From: the human T2T-CHM13v2.0 reference genome, Homo sapiens
Strand: one strand, 5' to 3'
Assembly: GCF_009914755.1 (NCBI RefSeq)
Contig: NC_060926.1
DNA length: 64,000 nt
Shown here: piece by piece, positions 32,653-47,223 of the stretch
How positions within the stretch are numbered: position 1 is the first letter of the stretch
Layout of the letters: each line of letters starts with the position of its first letter
Translations under genes and position numbers: made by a program
The notes under the pieces: model-generated
The model's database searches: none
What the model was told of the DNA's origin: nothing
Seen by the model: only the letters and a program-made list of their open reading frames with translations

Positions 32653-33577
32653 CTAAAGTAGTAAGAAATCATATTAAAAAGACATATGAAAATAATGTAT
32701 TAAGAGGGGTTTTCTAATTTAAATGGTTTCAGTATGTTTTCTTAGCCTTGGTATAAATTGGCTCAACATTGGCAGTCATTACATATTTCAGTTCACTTTA
32801 AAGAAATTAGATAATACGATTTTAGGTCATTTCAGAGAGGACATGAGTAAATCAGGAGGGAGATGGTATGGTGAACAAGAGTAATGAAAACAATAGCTAA
32901 CATTTACTAAGTAATTACTCTATGCCGGACACTATTATGACTACTTCTAATGTGTTGGGTAGATCCACATGAAACTACCATGTTTTTCGGTCAAAAATCA
33001 TTGACTGGTGGCAATTATGATCACAGTTCATCCTCACAATGTCTCTATGAGGTAGATACTATTATTAACATATATTCCAGATGGGGAAAACAAGGCACAG
33101 GTGATAATCTCCATCACCAAGTTTCCCTGACAAGTGCAACATTAGGTCAAATGATCTCCTAAGAGTACTGAAGGAACCTCAGGTAGGGAGAGGTCATACG
33201 TGTGTGGTTTTGGAAACAGACAAGAAAGATGCATGTTTCAAGGATGGAAAGCAAGGCTGTGGCTTGAATCAGAAGATAACAACAAAAGTTCTGTGGACAA
33301 GAGTTTCCATCTGATGAGTGTCTCAGGACTAGTGTAAGGTGGTTTCTGTTTCTTTCCTATGTTTGGACAACATAGGCAAGTTTGAACAAAGAGAGAGAAA
33401 ACTGGGAATCAAGCAGATAACGTGGACTAGCTATGGTTATTAGAGGCAAAAATGAAGAATAAGAAGGAGGAAACAACTGGCTACATGATGAAAATCAGAG
33501 AAGAACGCAGAGAAAGGGAACAAGGTGGCTTAAAGAGTTGGAGCTGGGGGCAGGGTGCACCTGGTAGCATAATTATT

Positions 33578-33913
<336 letters not shown>

Positions 33914-34393
33914 TAATTATTTTGACCACTAGTAAGTTTTAAAATTAGAATTAAATGAAGTTCCAAAGATTACTAAGAGTATTCTACATAAGCCTCCAGT
34001 ATAAAATCTTGCATATAAATATGATTTCAGTCTTAAGTCTTATATGAAACTATCATCTGTGACTTATATTTGTGGAGAATGTCAGAAATATTTTAGGGAT
34101 AAAAATGACATTGTATTGGGTCCTGAATTTTCCCAGGAATTTAATACAGACTCTTCATGATGTTTTGTTTCTACTTTGTAACAGCATCAAAGTAAATTTA
34201 CACATATACCTCATCTATGCTAACTTTAATGTTTTCCATTCCATTTTAATATTTTCAAATACAGAAAGCTTCTAGCACAGGATGAGATGCAATTCTATGC
34301 ACAGATTTTTTAAAAACACAAAATTCTTGAAAAATAGTCTCCCTGCTCGTTTTGTAGAAAAGAAAAACCACAAGAAAAGAGAAGGAAGCGTAC

Positions 34394-34501
34394 CTCACTG
34401 GCAATTTCTCTGGAGGCCTTGGCGTGCTTGATTTCAATGGCATCTGCCCTTATGTCATAGCCTTTCTGCTTGGTGTCATTCCAGTCTTTTTGGTAGAGTT
34501 T
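34394..34501 (-). CDS. NEB: NEB exon 84 (108 nt)
   Basis: AG/GT boundaries. Confidence 0.95.
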
Positions 34502-35291
34502 CTATAGAGGGAAAATAAAGGTTTGTTTACAAGAATGGAAAAATAAGCAAATTTACTCAAATTTGTCATAATATAAATCATAAAGAATATGGTAATGTAG
34601 TCAATATAAGAAAAAAGCATTCATTTCTGGGTTCTTTTCGTTGTTGGATATTTCCTCTGTGGTGTACAGGATACTTCTGGTTAAAATTTTAAAGCTAAAC
34701 ATCAAACTCTATTAATGTTTGAATATTTGCATCCATCACAATATGGTATGCATTTGAAAATATCCCACTACAAGTACATGGAACCTAAGGATCAATGGGG
34801 AAGCCAGAGAATCTTTATCAAGATATCAGGTAAGATCTGATAAGATTTTTCTCCCCCTAATTTTGTCCTTTGACTTTTCAGAAGTTTCTGCTAAAGGGTT
34901 GTGACATAGATATCATACATAGCCCGCCATTTGGATGTAATTAAAAATGGTCCTTTGTCTTTCTTATGGCCTTGAAATGTCAAATGAAAAAGTCCTGGAT
35001 CAATAAGAAAAACCTAAGATGATAACAGAGACTGTTAAGAGTGAAGGAGGACACCAAAAGGATTCAGGTGTCCCAAATCCTGCAGTCTAGGCACCCACCG
35101 ATGTATCCAAGCACACATTTAAAAGAGAGAAACTCCATTCATATCGCATTGGGACTGGTAGCTAAAGAGAAAATGTCTAGCACCAAAAGCCACAAACATT
35201 GCAAGGTAGGTAATTTGTCGCTATAACAATCTCCATGAGCAGACAGATATTGCCCATAAAGGCTTTTACACTTCATGTTCGTGCCACTTAC

Positions 35292-35396
35292 ATTGCTGAT
35301 TTGCAAGGCATTGATGTGGGCCTGCAGCATCTCCGGAGTATCAGAAGGAATGGTGATGTTGCTTTTATCTTTATTCCAGGCTTCCTGATACAGTTT
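35292..35396 (-). CDS. NEB: NEB exon 83 (105 nt)
   Basis: AG/GT boundaries. Confidence 0.95.
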
Positions 35397-35523
35397 CTGT
35401 GGAGAGGAGGGAAATAGGGAATCAATACCTGAAACATTAAGCCTTAGCTAATGTTTGGCTAATAGTTAACTAATGTAAGCCTTAGCTAACTACTCAATCT
35501 GGAAAAACGTTTTTACATATGTT

Positions 35524-35967
35524 TATAATGGTTAACTTTATGTGTCAGCTTGGCTGGGGCATGGTACCCAGATATTTAGTCAAACATTATTTTAGGTGTT
35601 TCTGTGAAAGTATTGTTAAAATGAAGTTAACATTTAAATCAGTAGATTCCAAGTAAAGGAGACTACCCTTCATGATGTGGGTGAGCCTTATCTAATTAGT
35701 TGAAGACCTTGATAGAAAAGACAAACCTCCCCAGTAAAAAGGAATTCTGCCAGCAGATGGCCTTTGGGTTTGAATTGCAACACATCCCTCAGTCTCTAGC
35801 CGGCTGGCCTACCCTGCAGACTTTGGACTTGCCAGCCTGCATGATCTCAGGAGCCAATTTCTTAAAGTCTCTCTCTTCTGTGTGTGTGTACAAACACACA
35901 CACACAAACACACACACACACAGAGCCCCTATTGGTTCTGTTTCTCTAGAGAATCTGGACTAATACA
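35524..35967. mobile_element. MLT2-family solo LTR (copy A)
   Basis: Paralog of 14447-14890. Confidence 0.85.
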
Positions 35968-36260
35968 ATGTTATGTTATTATGTAGCATGACACTACATG
36001 TCTTAGTATTTAATATGAGGTCAACAAATATTTGTGTTCCTGAGTTGCCAGGGAGTGACATTTTCACTGCAGTGCTTCAAAGTGTGTATGTGTGGTAGAA
36101 GAAAGGCATGTTGGTGTTTGTCAGAGTTCTATTTTCAGTGTATCTGCACTAGTGAAGACATTTTTAGAGTTGCTCGTCTCACCAAAATTCTTTGAAGAAG
36201 TCCAGTCTACGGGCTCAGTTTGGGTGGTATCTTTGGAAAAGATAGTAGGATGGTTCTTAC

Positions 36261-36714
<454 letters not shown>

Positions 36715-37581
36715 TCAACATTTAATGAAAAAATAGGCAAAGATTGTATGAGAGGCAAGGTGCAGGCTTTCAGCACTGAAACTCTGAGTACATGCAACGG
36801 CAAAGCAAAAATAAAACATGAAAGTACATCATTGTGACACTGGAAATCCCTTTTGTGATCATAAGTTAAAGTCGTGAGTGCTAACATTTAAAAAAATTTT
36901 TTTAAGGGATGGAGTGCAATTGGAGATTGCACTCCAGCCTGGGCAACGAGAGTGAAACTCCATTTCAAAATAAAAGAAAAAAAAAAGGAAAAACATTTCA
37001 AGTGTTAGACATACAAATCCTTAGCTGAAAAATAAAGCACATGGGGTTGACGGGATAAGTGCAGGAGATTGTACTTCCAAAAAAGCAAGACCTGAGATCT
37101 CACATGATTGAGGGTTTTTAATATTGATCACAGAAGTCACTTGTAAAAACATAATTATTTATACTAGCCATGAATAATAATATATATAGTAATAAAGCTG
37201 AATTCCATAATATAATTATTTGATATTTCAAAAAATTTTATAGTTGAAAATTTTTAAAGGAAAATTTTGCTGAATTAGATTCCATTTTAATCCTGTGGCA
37301 ATTGACCCAAGGAAATGCTGTTTAGTGTTTTGGATCTAGCATAATAGCAACAATTATTTTAAAAACATTCAGATGATTTATATTTGTCTGAAATATGTTT
37401 TCATTGCCAGAAGTTACTACTAAAGATGGATTTTATATTAAACAATGTGAATGGTACCCCCAGCCCCACCCCCAGGTTTGTGCAGTGCACAGCCCAGGGG
37501 ACTGTCCTCAGAGGCACTGACTGGGCAATGAACAAATCTACATCTTCCCCTTCCCCCTTTCCCAAAATTCATGTTACGTAC

Positions 37582-37893
37582 ATCACTCTGCAGGTCATAG
37601 GCCTTTTTTGCTTGGATAATGTCGTTTTGATCCGGCATGCATGTCCATTCATGCAGGTAATTGCGATAATCAATGTCAGTGACCAAAGTCTGACATTTCT
37701 TGGCCAGCAAGATGCTTAACATGTCCACTGGGCTAGAGAACTTGGTTTTCCACTTTTGGAATTCCTTCTTGTACTCCCTTTCACTTTGAATTTTTCCTGC
37801 ATGTATGGCACACATAATCTTGGGATCATCTTCAATGCTCTGGGCTCCAATGTGGTGGCCTTTCTGTTTCTCATAGGCTTCCTTGTATTTGTA
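37582..37893 (-). CDS. NEB: NEB exon 81 (312 nt, [11 protein letters not shown]...YDLQSD)
   Basis: tag/gtacgt boundaries. Confidence 0.95.
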
Positions 37894-38288
37894 CTAAAAT
37901 GCCAGAAATACAGGTGGAGACATCCAGTTTTAAAACCATGCTCATGTGCTGACAATTACAGACAACATGAAATGGACAAGATTTTATATTACAAACATTT
38001 TGGCATCTCTGAACTATTATATTTAAAAGCAATGTTTTATACTGTTTTAAAAATAATTGTAATGTAATCATATATCTTCATTGGTGAAAGCATTCCCTGC
38101 AGCAACTCTAACTATAATGCCAAAATGTATTTTTATTCTCTGTAACAACAAAGGGAATGGTCTTGAGAGGTAGGAAGTAGGACTGGAAGGTACATGTGGA
38201 AATCACTATAGAGTGTGTGGTTCACCAGCCACCCTCTGGGTTGTTCAGCACAGTGGAGACCACAGAGAGTTAGATGGAAGGTACTCAC

Positions 38289-38396
38289 GTCACTGGCGAT
38301 GTCCCTGGAGGCCTTGGCACTTTTGATGGAAATAGCATCTGCTCTCAGATCATAGTCCTTCATCTTTGATTCATCCCATCCCTTGGTGTAAAGTTT
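38289..38396 (-). CDS. NEB: NEB exon 80 (108 nt, KLYTKGWDESK...DIASD)
   Basis: tag/gtgagt boundaries. Confidence 0.95.
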
Positions 38397-38534
38397 CTAG
38401 GGAAGGGATAATAGACGACAGAAAATAAGAGTGTTTGAGGAAGGTAATAGGCCAATTCCAGAAAGGAAATTGTTACGGTGGAAAAAGCATTTTAATTAAT
38501 CTTAGGTTTAAGCAACAATCAGGAAATCTCTTAC

Positions 38535-38639
38535 TTGGCTGATATTGGCAGAATTACTCTTGGCCAGCAGGATATCTGGGGTGTCTGGCATCACGTGGAT
38601 GGAGGTTTTGTCAGCATCCCAAGCTTCTGTGTATAAATG
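38535..38639 (-). CDS. NEB: NEB exon 79 (105 nt, [11 protein letters not shown]...ANISQ)
   Basis: tag/gtaaga boundaries. Confidence 0.94.
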
Positions 38640-38959
38640 CTACAGGGCAGGGCGGCATGGGGCATGGGGAGAGGGAGGGAGTATAAGACCTTCTGTTAAA
38701 GCCAATAACATCATTACAGTTGTTAGCAAATTTAACTCACATTTAACTATAAAATAGCTCCTTCTAATGCTTTTGGGAGGTGAGGGAAGCAAAAGAGTCA
38801 TGGGGAAAGTAAAACATAGCAATATTTAAATAGCTGTACAATGGTTTCATAATTAATATGAAGCAATATAATGGTTGCTATTAGTAATTCTTTTCATCCA
38901 CTGAATCACAAGCTTATTCAGATATCCAAAGATGGATCTCAGTTATGGAACTATGAGAC

Positions 38960-39160
38960 AGTAGAAATCCCTAGACTTCAGAGTCAATCCCAAGTGCAAA
39001 CCCAACTCTACTATTTCCAAGCTGTGTGATCTTGAGAAAGGTACATAACTCCTCACATTCCTCATTTCTGAGAGGGGGATAATCATTCTTTTTTATTATT
39101 TTTTGAAGATGATCCATAACATATATAAAATGCCCAAGTCATAGCAGATACTCAACGATT
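38960..39160 (+). mobile_element. MIR
   Basis: agctgtgtgatcttgagaaagg...cctcatttctg...ggggataat core. Confidence 0.65.
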
Positions 39161-39958
39161 TTTTGGTGATTCCTATTGCTGTTATCATTGTGGTTGCTGT
39201 TGATGGATATAGTATAAAAGAGTTTCTAGAGTTGTATACCCCAGACTCTGGAGTTTGCTATCTGAAGCCACTTTCATATTTGTACTGAGCACTCAATTGT
39301 ACTAGCCTAATGATTGGAAGGCTTCCAGGCAGGTGTGGGAGAATTCAAGTTCAAATCAGTCTAAAATATGCATATTAAGGGCTGACTCATTGGATAAAAA
39401 TAGATTGATAAAATTTTGGATGAAACAAATGATCATCTATCTTGTGTAATAAAACTGAAAGCAGAGATTGCAGCTAGCTTTCAAAAGTGGATTTCCATAA
39501 CCTAATGTGGAGGAGCAACCTGAGCAACCAATTTGAATGTGTACCAGCATTGCTATGAAACACTATGTGTATCCCAGCCCTCAGAATGAAGTGTAAATGG
39601 CTTATATTCCTTACCAGATGGCTAAAGACACGTAAGTGGCCTGAATCTGCTCTGCCTAGGAGAATGTGTGAGGAAGGGTAATGCAATTGTGATGTCTCCA
39701 GGTCACTGCTCAGAAGGGTGAGTGCATCACTCCAGGGAAATCATTCCAGGCTCTGTTCCCACATGCACACAGAGAATTAGGGGGCAGGGTGTTGAGAAGA
39801 GCACACCTTGAATTCAAGCAGATGCTCTGTTAAAGGCCTGCATGAGAATCAGGCCTATGACACCTCCTTTCTCAGGGAATCCTTAGGGAATTTCCTACTT
39901 TATGAGCCAAATCTGTGGAAGGTATGATTCTGGCAACAGAAAACAGCTGGAGACTCAC

Positions 39959-40162
39959 CTTGCTCATTGTCAGGGCATTATTCTTTGCTAGGACAATTTC
40001 CGGAGTGTCGGTAATGCATGTGAATTTGAGCTGGTCTGCAGGCTGGCGATACTTCCTGTCACTCAGGATTTCTCCAGCTCTCTTCACTTTCTCGACCTCT
40101 ACAGAGCCAATGGGAACCCATCCTATGCCTCTCAGCCACTCAAGATCAGATTTGTAAATAGC
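39959..40162 (-). CDS. NEB: NEB exon 78 (204 nt, AIYKSDLEWLRGIGW...LTMSK)
   Basis: cag/gtgagt boundaries. Confidence 0.95.
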
Positions 40163-41175
40163 CTGAAAATGAAATAATGTCAAATATTTATAGATGTCAC
40201 CTAGACGGCCTGGTGCCTGATCCTGATTTAACATACACAGATAATGTGTTAGTCTGAATCTTATTTGTGTAAATTTCTGGGAAGACCCACAGGATTGCTT
40301 TACTTTGGTTTAGAATGGCTAGTTAAATGCCTGGCTCCTGAAGGTAGCCAATATTTACTGTTTTAAAGACTCATAAAAATCTCTTTAATGCTATTCATTT
40401 TCAGTGATAAAAACCACCTTAAGGAAATTACTGCCTGCCTCCTGAAACAGTGTTTATTCTCTGATTTGATGGTCCCTACCTCCTCTTATGGAAACTGTAC
40501 TGGGTGAGAATACAGTTGGCTCCTATGTTGTTAGGCAGTGGCCTTCATAGCTCTTCTTGGTATATAGAGAAGAAATGAGCATTACTGGTTGATCACGTTG
40601 CATTAATGTGTTTTTTTGGGGATAAAAACGACGTCTTTTTCGTATGCTTCTATGTACATGCTTCCAAGTCACAGAGTACATCTCTCTTTACTCATATTTA
40701 TTTTATCCTCCATCCTCTTTCTTGTCTTAGAATTCAAGTAAACAAATACATTTTTTCTTTCTTTCATTTTCTTCTTTGAATATAAACAACTGGTTGAAGG
40801 AAAATTTTTCTTGTAAGGAAGGGTAACAATTCTTTTTGTTTTTATGGCTTTCAGGGAATCTCTCTTTTTTTAACTGTCACTGCTTTTATCATTCTTCCAA
40901 AAGTGCTTGATTTAACCAGAGCTTGATTAAAACAAGGAGCTATGATATCAATGAGGTAATATTTGAGTCTCCAAAGGACTCTACTGGCCAACAACAAAAG
41001 TGCCTAACGTATTTCTAGGGAACAATTGTTTTCAAGTTTCTTAGAAAATTTGTCTTCATATGTATAATTCATTTTTAAACTTCCATTCAAAAGTTACAAT
41101 AGATACTTCCTATAAGATAAATAGACACAAAATTATAATGCAATTGATTCATTTAGAAAATTAGCTTGTTTAGAA

Positions 41176-42012
41176 CAGGAATTCTTAACCTGGCATCAGT
41201 GAACTTGGATAGAAAAAATATGTAACATCTTCATTTTCATTAACCTCTAACTGAAATATAGCATTTTATCCATTGTAAGTATAAGCAATATATTACAGCA
41301 GTATTGACACTACACCTGACTTTGTCAGCTATAGAAATCTCAAATCTTTTTATGTCCTATTATAGTTTGATATAGTTTGGCTCTGCATCTTCATCCAGAT
41401 CTCATGTTGAATTGTAATCCTCAATGTTGGAGGAGGGGCCTGGTGGGAGGTGATTGGACTTCCCCCTTGCTGTTCTCGTGATAGTGAGTGAATTCTCATG
41501 AGATCCAGGTGCTTAAAAGTGTGTAGCACTTCCCCCTTTGCTCTCTCTCTCCTGCTCCACCATGTGAAGATGTGCCTGCTTCCCCTTCACCTTCCACCAT
41601 GATTGTAAGTTTCCTGAGGCCTTCCCAGCCATGCTCTGGTACAGCCCATGGAAATGTAAGTCAATTAAACCTCTTTTCTTCATAAATTACCCAGTCTCAG
41701 GTAGTTCTTTATAGCACTGTGAGAACAGACTAGTACAGAGTTGTTGCTGATGTCTTAAAGTATTTATGCTCATCACTTCTTTGAAATTAGTTATTACAGT
41801 CACCACTAGAATTTTTTACTTAATGTGTTAATGAAAAGCACATTACAGGTTTGGTTTAATACTTTGATAATGATATTTCAATATGATTGGTTTCTTCTGA
41901 AACTAAATACATACTTTATTTTGTGCATTTCAGAACATTATCCTAAAGAGGTGTCTGTAGGTTTCACCAGACTGTGGAAAGATTCCATGGCACAAAAGAG
42001 TTAGAATGCTTT
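41176..42012. mobile_element. hAT-Charlie-type DNA transposon relic (Charlie4-like) with nested LTR
   Basis: Termini caggaattcttaacctg...gtgaacttggat and ...tttcaccagactg..ccatggcacaaaagagttaga. Confidence 0.6.
41368..41737. mobile_element. MST-family (MaLR) solo LTR
   Basis: tgatatagtttggctctg...cccagtctcaggtagttctttatagca...actagtaca; TSD tagtt/gagtt. Confidence 0.88.
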
Positions 42013-42048
42013 TCTAAACCATTACTGAAGAATATTAGAGCCACTCAC

Positions 42049-42360
42049 ATCACTCTGCAGGTCATAGGCCTTCCGAGCCTGAATGACGTCATTCTGATCA
42101 GGCAGGCAGGTCCATTCATGCAGGGGATGCTTGTAGTCTATGTCGCTTACAAGGATCTGACACTTCTTGGCCAGCACCACCCCCAGCATGTCCACTGGGC
42201 TGCTGAACTTGGTCTTCCACTTCTCAAACTCCTTCTTGTACTCCCTGTCACTCTGGATCTTGGCCACATGGATGGACCACATCATCTTCGGGTCATCCTT
42301 AATGTTCCGGGCCCCAATATGGTGGCCAAGCTGTTTGCGGTAGCCTTCCTTGTACTTGTA
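42049..42360 (-). CDS. NEB: NEB exon 77 (312 nt)
   Basis: tag/gtgagt boundaries; QSDREYKK motif. Confidence 0.95.
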
Positions 42361-43774
42361 CTAAAAAAATAGAGATATGAGTATAATGACAAGAACATCT
42401 TATATAATCATGTTTCATAGGTTCACATTCACATTGTTTCTTTTTCTTTTCCCCAACACTATCATGAAGGAGAAAAGTGAGTATCATCAACCCTATTTTT
42501 AAAAGTCAAAACCTGAACCTAGCAGGGGTTGAGTGATTTGCGCAGTCACACCACAAGCAGGTGGCAGCATGAGCCTAGAATGAAGAGCTTCTCATTCCTA
42601 ATATTTTTCCTCCTTATTATACCACACTGCTCAGTTTACATTTGATTCCTTAACAAGTAGAGGTAAATATATTGTACAATCTGATGGAGCATAACAATCT
42701 GATGGAAAATAACAGTTATTTTCCCAAAACTGTTTGACATTAAGAATATTTTAGAATAGTTCCCTTATTAGAACTTATAATAGACTTCTCAGTCAAGGAT
42801 ATGTGTTACATTTAGATAGAGTTTATGTGTCACCAGGAAATGGCTCTCTTATCAGCCTGTCAACATCACTGAACTTTCACTATGAGTCAGTTTATCTACC
42901 TTGAAGATTCCAGAATAACGCATTATGGTCCATTCTACCATGGTGTGGGCTTCTCCAGCTTAACAGCAAGAAAAGTTTTGATAATACGGTGTGTGTCCTT
43001 AACCTTGGCAAAATAAACTTCTAAATTGATTGAGATCTGTTTCAGATACTTTTTAGTTTACAGAAGAAATGAAACATATGTCTAAGGCATGAGGCCCTTC
43101 CAGAAGAGGGAAAGTCTGGATTTGAGTCCTAAGGAGGCTTGTTACAGAATGAGGACACTGGCCACCCTTAGGAGGTGTTTCCCATGTGAAGAAAAGGAGT
43201 AGAGAAGAGGCAAGCGGGTACTGAGAAAAAGCTCTGCTTACTTTGCCACTTGTTCTTGTGTCCGGTGAGGGACATCTCACCAATTAGGAGTTACAAAGGA
43301 CAAAACAAATCTCTAAGACATATCCATCTAGTTTTCTTTTAATGCAAGAATAAATAGAAGTAGTAAGGAAGAGTTTACATGTATATTGGCTGTTTCTCAC
43401 ATATTATTTAAAGGGAATAAATTAATCCCTTTAATTTCACAAACATCTAGGTCAACTGCTGCTCAATTATTTATTTATTTTTTTTGAAGACGGAGTGTTC
43501 AATTTCTGAAGCTCAAAAATATGAACCCATTTTTGGTGTCCGTAAAACACTTTTTAAAAAATAGTATGTCTCTAGTTTTGATTGATTGATGGGTATAATG
43601 GGTCTAGAATTTTGTGCTTTTCTTTTTTTCCATTTACAATTTTGTATAGGGGAAAATCACTAAAGGGAATTGAGACTTATAGGGGTAACTAAATTTCTAG
43701 CAAGAAAAACTCTAAAAGCTTCTATTTGTCAACATCTTTGAATAAGAAATGGCTTTTCCAAAACATCCACTTAC

Positions 43775-43882
43775 ATCACTAGCAATATCTCTTGAAGCCT
43801 TGGCTGCTTGGATTGGAATGGCATCCAGACGCAAGTCATAGCCTTCCTTCTTGGACTCTTCCAAAGCAAGTTTATAGAGTTT
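43775..43882 (-). CDS. NEB: NEB exon 76 (108 nt, [11 protein letters not shown]...DIASD)
   Basis: cag/gtaagt boundaries. Confidence 0.95.
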
Positions 43883-44139
43883 CTGTAGAAAAGAAAGTCA
43901 TTACTCATTTACTCCTTCCATAAAAAGTGAAGCTGTTCATTATTAGTTTTTCTTTGTCCTCATTTAAACTTCAGAAATAATTCACAAAGTCAATCATTAG
44001 GGTGGGTTTATAGATAGCTTTGCCTCATGGGTGCTTAGGATTTTTAAGGCACATGTTCCAAACATTGGGATTTTACTGACTTGTAAATTTCAACAAAAAA
44101 ATGTGGGGAAAAAATCAACATTTGGTTGGCAAAATTTTA

Positions 44140-44495
<356 letters not shown>

Positions 44496-45136
44496 TTATT
44501 ATTGTCATCATAATATAAAAGACACAGCATCTTAACACAAAAGAAGAATAAAAAACAAGGACAATATTTTAAAATGTACTCTATTCTGTTTTATGAAAAA
44601 CTCAATGCATTGTGCTTATTTTTTCTTATTTTGCTGTGGACTATTATCTCGGACAATGATTCATCTATGGACCTGGGATTTCAGGATCATTGCCCTTTTG
44701 AAAATGTTGGTTCTGGCAGAAATGCCTGGAAAAATGTTAACATCAAATGATTATCAGAGCATACTGGAGCAGCAAAATAATATGCGGCTTACTAACTCAT
44801 CAGATTCCAACCCAGTCCTTGCCTACTTGCTAGCTGCTGAATAAAATAATGACTTGATACCCACAGTGACCTGTAGGGGAAGGTTTTAAAAGTATAATTC
44901 CTATGGAAATATTTATTCATAATCATTCAATTCCTGATAACCTGTTAATAAAATGGTAGCCTACTTTGTGGACCCACCACAAAGCTCAAAATTGAATCAA
45001 GTGAGAACTATCTCTTCTACTGAAAATGGTAGTTTGTAGTATGTGTAGTAAATTAGTCAAAACCTTTTCCTAAGGAAACAGCTACAGTGGTTCATTTTTG
45101 CCTTTCTGTTCATTACAAGATCAACAGTTTACTTAC

Positions 45137-45241
45137 ATCACTGTAGTTTATTCGGTTGAGTTTGGCTAACATGATTTCTGGTGTATCAGGCATGACATGA
45201 ATAGTTTTCTTGTCATTGTCCCAGGCTTCAGTATATAAGCG
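45137..45241 (-). CDS. NEB: NEB exon 75 (105 nt, [11 protein letters not shown]...INYSD)
   Basis: tag/gtaagt boundaries. Confidence 0.95.
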
Positions 45242-45552
45242 CTACAAAAAAAAAAAAAAAAGAGAGAGAGAGAGAGAAAAATTATTTTGGTGTTCACAGA
45301 TATTATTGTTTTGATTATGTGCCAGTCATCTCTCTTGTATACAAGGTAGAAATAAAATTATTAAAGCTGCATAAATTCCTTACCTTTGTTTCTTATTAAA
45401 ATTCTTTCAATAATCTGTTAAAGGACTTATCGGTTATGAAAAGTATAATTGGATTGAAGTATTTAAAATAATTTATAGGAAAGAGTTATAGCACACAGTA
45501 TTTTTTTTTTTTTGACAACCTACTAATCCAATCAGAAGCACACAGTACTTTA

Positions 45553-45916
<364 letters not shown>

Positions 45917-46047
45917 TTATAGTGGAAAAATCATTTAAGAAGGTATCATAATGCTTATTATTATCTTTAAAATGCAATAATATATCAGAATTTTTAAATT
46001 GTTCTGTGGTAACTTTCGGTATCTAACAGTGAGGATTGAAGACTCAC

Positions 46048-46251
46048 CTTATTCATGTTTAAAGCATTGTTTTTTGCCAGCACCTGCTCCGGAGTGTCCG
46101 TTATACTGGTAAATTTCAGCGTTTCTGGACGCTGACGGTAGATAGTATCACTAAGTAATTCTCCAGCTCTCTTGGCCCTAACAACTTCCAAGGAATCAAT
46201 CGGAACCCAGCCAATGCCTTTCATCCATTCAAGGTCTGACTTATACAAATT
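46048..46251 (-). CDS. NEB: NEB exon 74 (204 nt, NLYKSDLEWMKGIGW...LNMNK)
   Basis: cag/gtgagt boundaries. Confidence 0.95.
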
Positions 46252-47223
46252 CTGCAGATCAACAGATAAGAAACAGATTTATTAATTAGTGTTTCAGATT
46301 CATAGTTACAAAATGGGTTATCCTAGAGAAACACAAAAATACCGATGAATAGTTAAGGTTCCTAGCATAGTCATTCACTCACTCACGCACATTATTGAAT
46401 CCTAAGTGTATTTTTTTTTCTGAGCGTTTTTTTGGTACAGAGGAGTACAGCAAGAATGATAAAAGATCTTCTTTTAAAGTAAAAGACATGGTCCTGCCTA
46501 TGACAGTATTACAAGATTTTTACAGAGAAGCATGCTTTTTTAGCCTTGGAAAATGTAGTCTAATAGCTCCAAATAAAACCACACACTGAGACTGATGGTG
46601 CGTGAGTACTGCAGTCAAAAAATTCTCACTTTTATTTCCATCTTCAAAAATCACAAAACTTCAAGTGTATAAAGGAAATGTGATGTTACAGAGATATGTT
46701 TGGTATTTCCTTAATTATTCATTTTATTTTACTCTCAATAGGACATGCTGAATGTTGATAAGTATTAGACGACTGGTTTCGAAAAACGTAAGAATGATAG
46801 AATTTTCCCATCAGTAAGTATAAAATGTAAATTAAAGTAATTTAGCATAATATGCTTTCCCTCTATCTCCCTACTGCCCTCTGCCAACAAACACACACAT
46901 TTTTTTACTTCCTTAGCCAAAAGTTTGCAGTGATATATTTTTAAGGGCTAAGTTTCATCTGATTCAAACAAAGGAAGCCTGAATCCCTAGGAAGATTTAT
47001 ACCTGTTTAGAACTGATAATATTTACTTTGTTTCCTCTCCTACAGAGAACTTTTGGAGAAGAAAACAAATTGTAGTACCTCCAATGGGAAACTCCTTTCA
47101 GACATTTAATTGTAAATTGTTTGAAATATACAAACAAATTGCAGTTCATTGGCACTAGTCAGAACTCACAGACACGTTTCAGATCCGCTTTTAACAGGCA
47201 GAGCTAACATCAAGGAAACTTAC

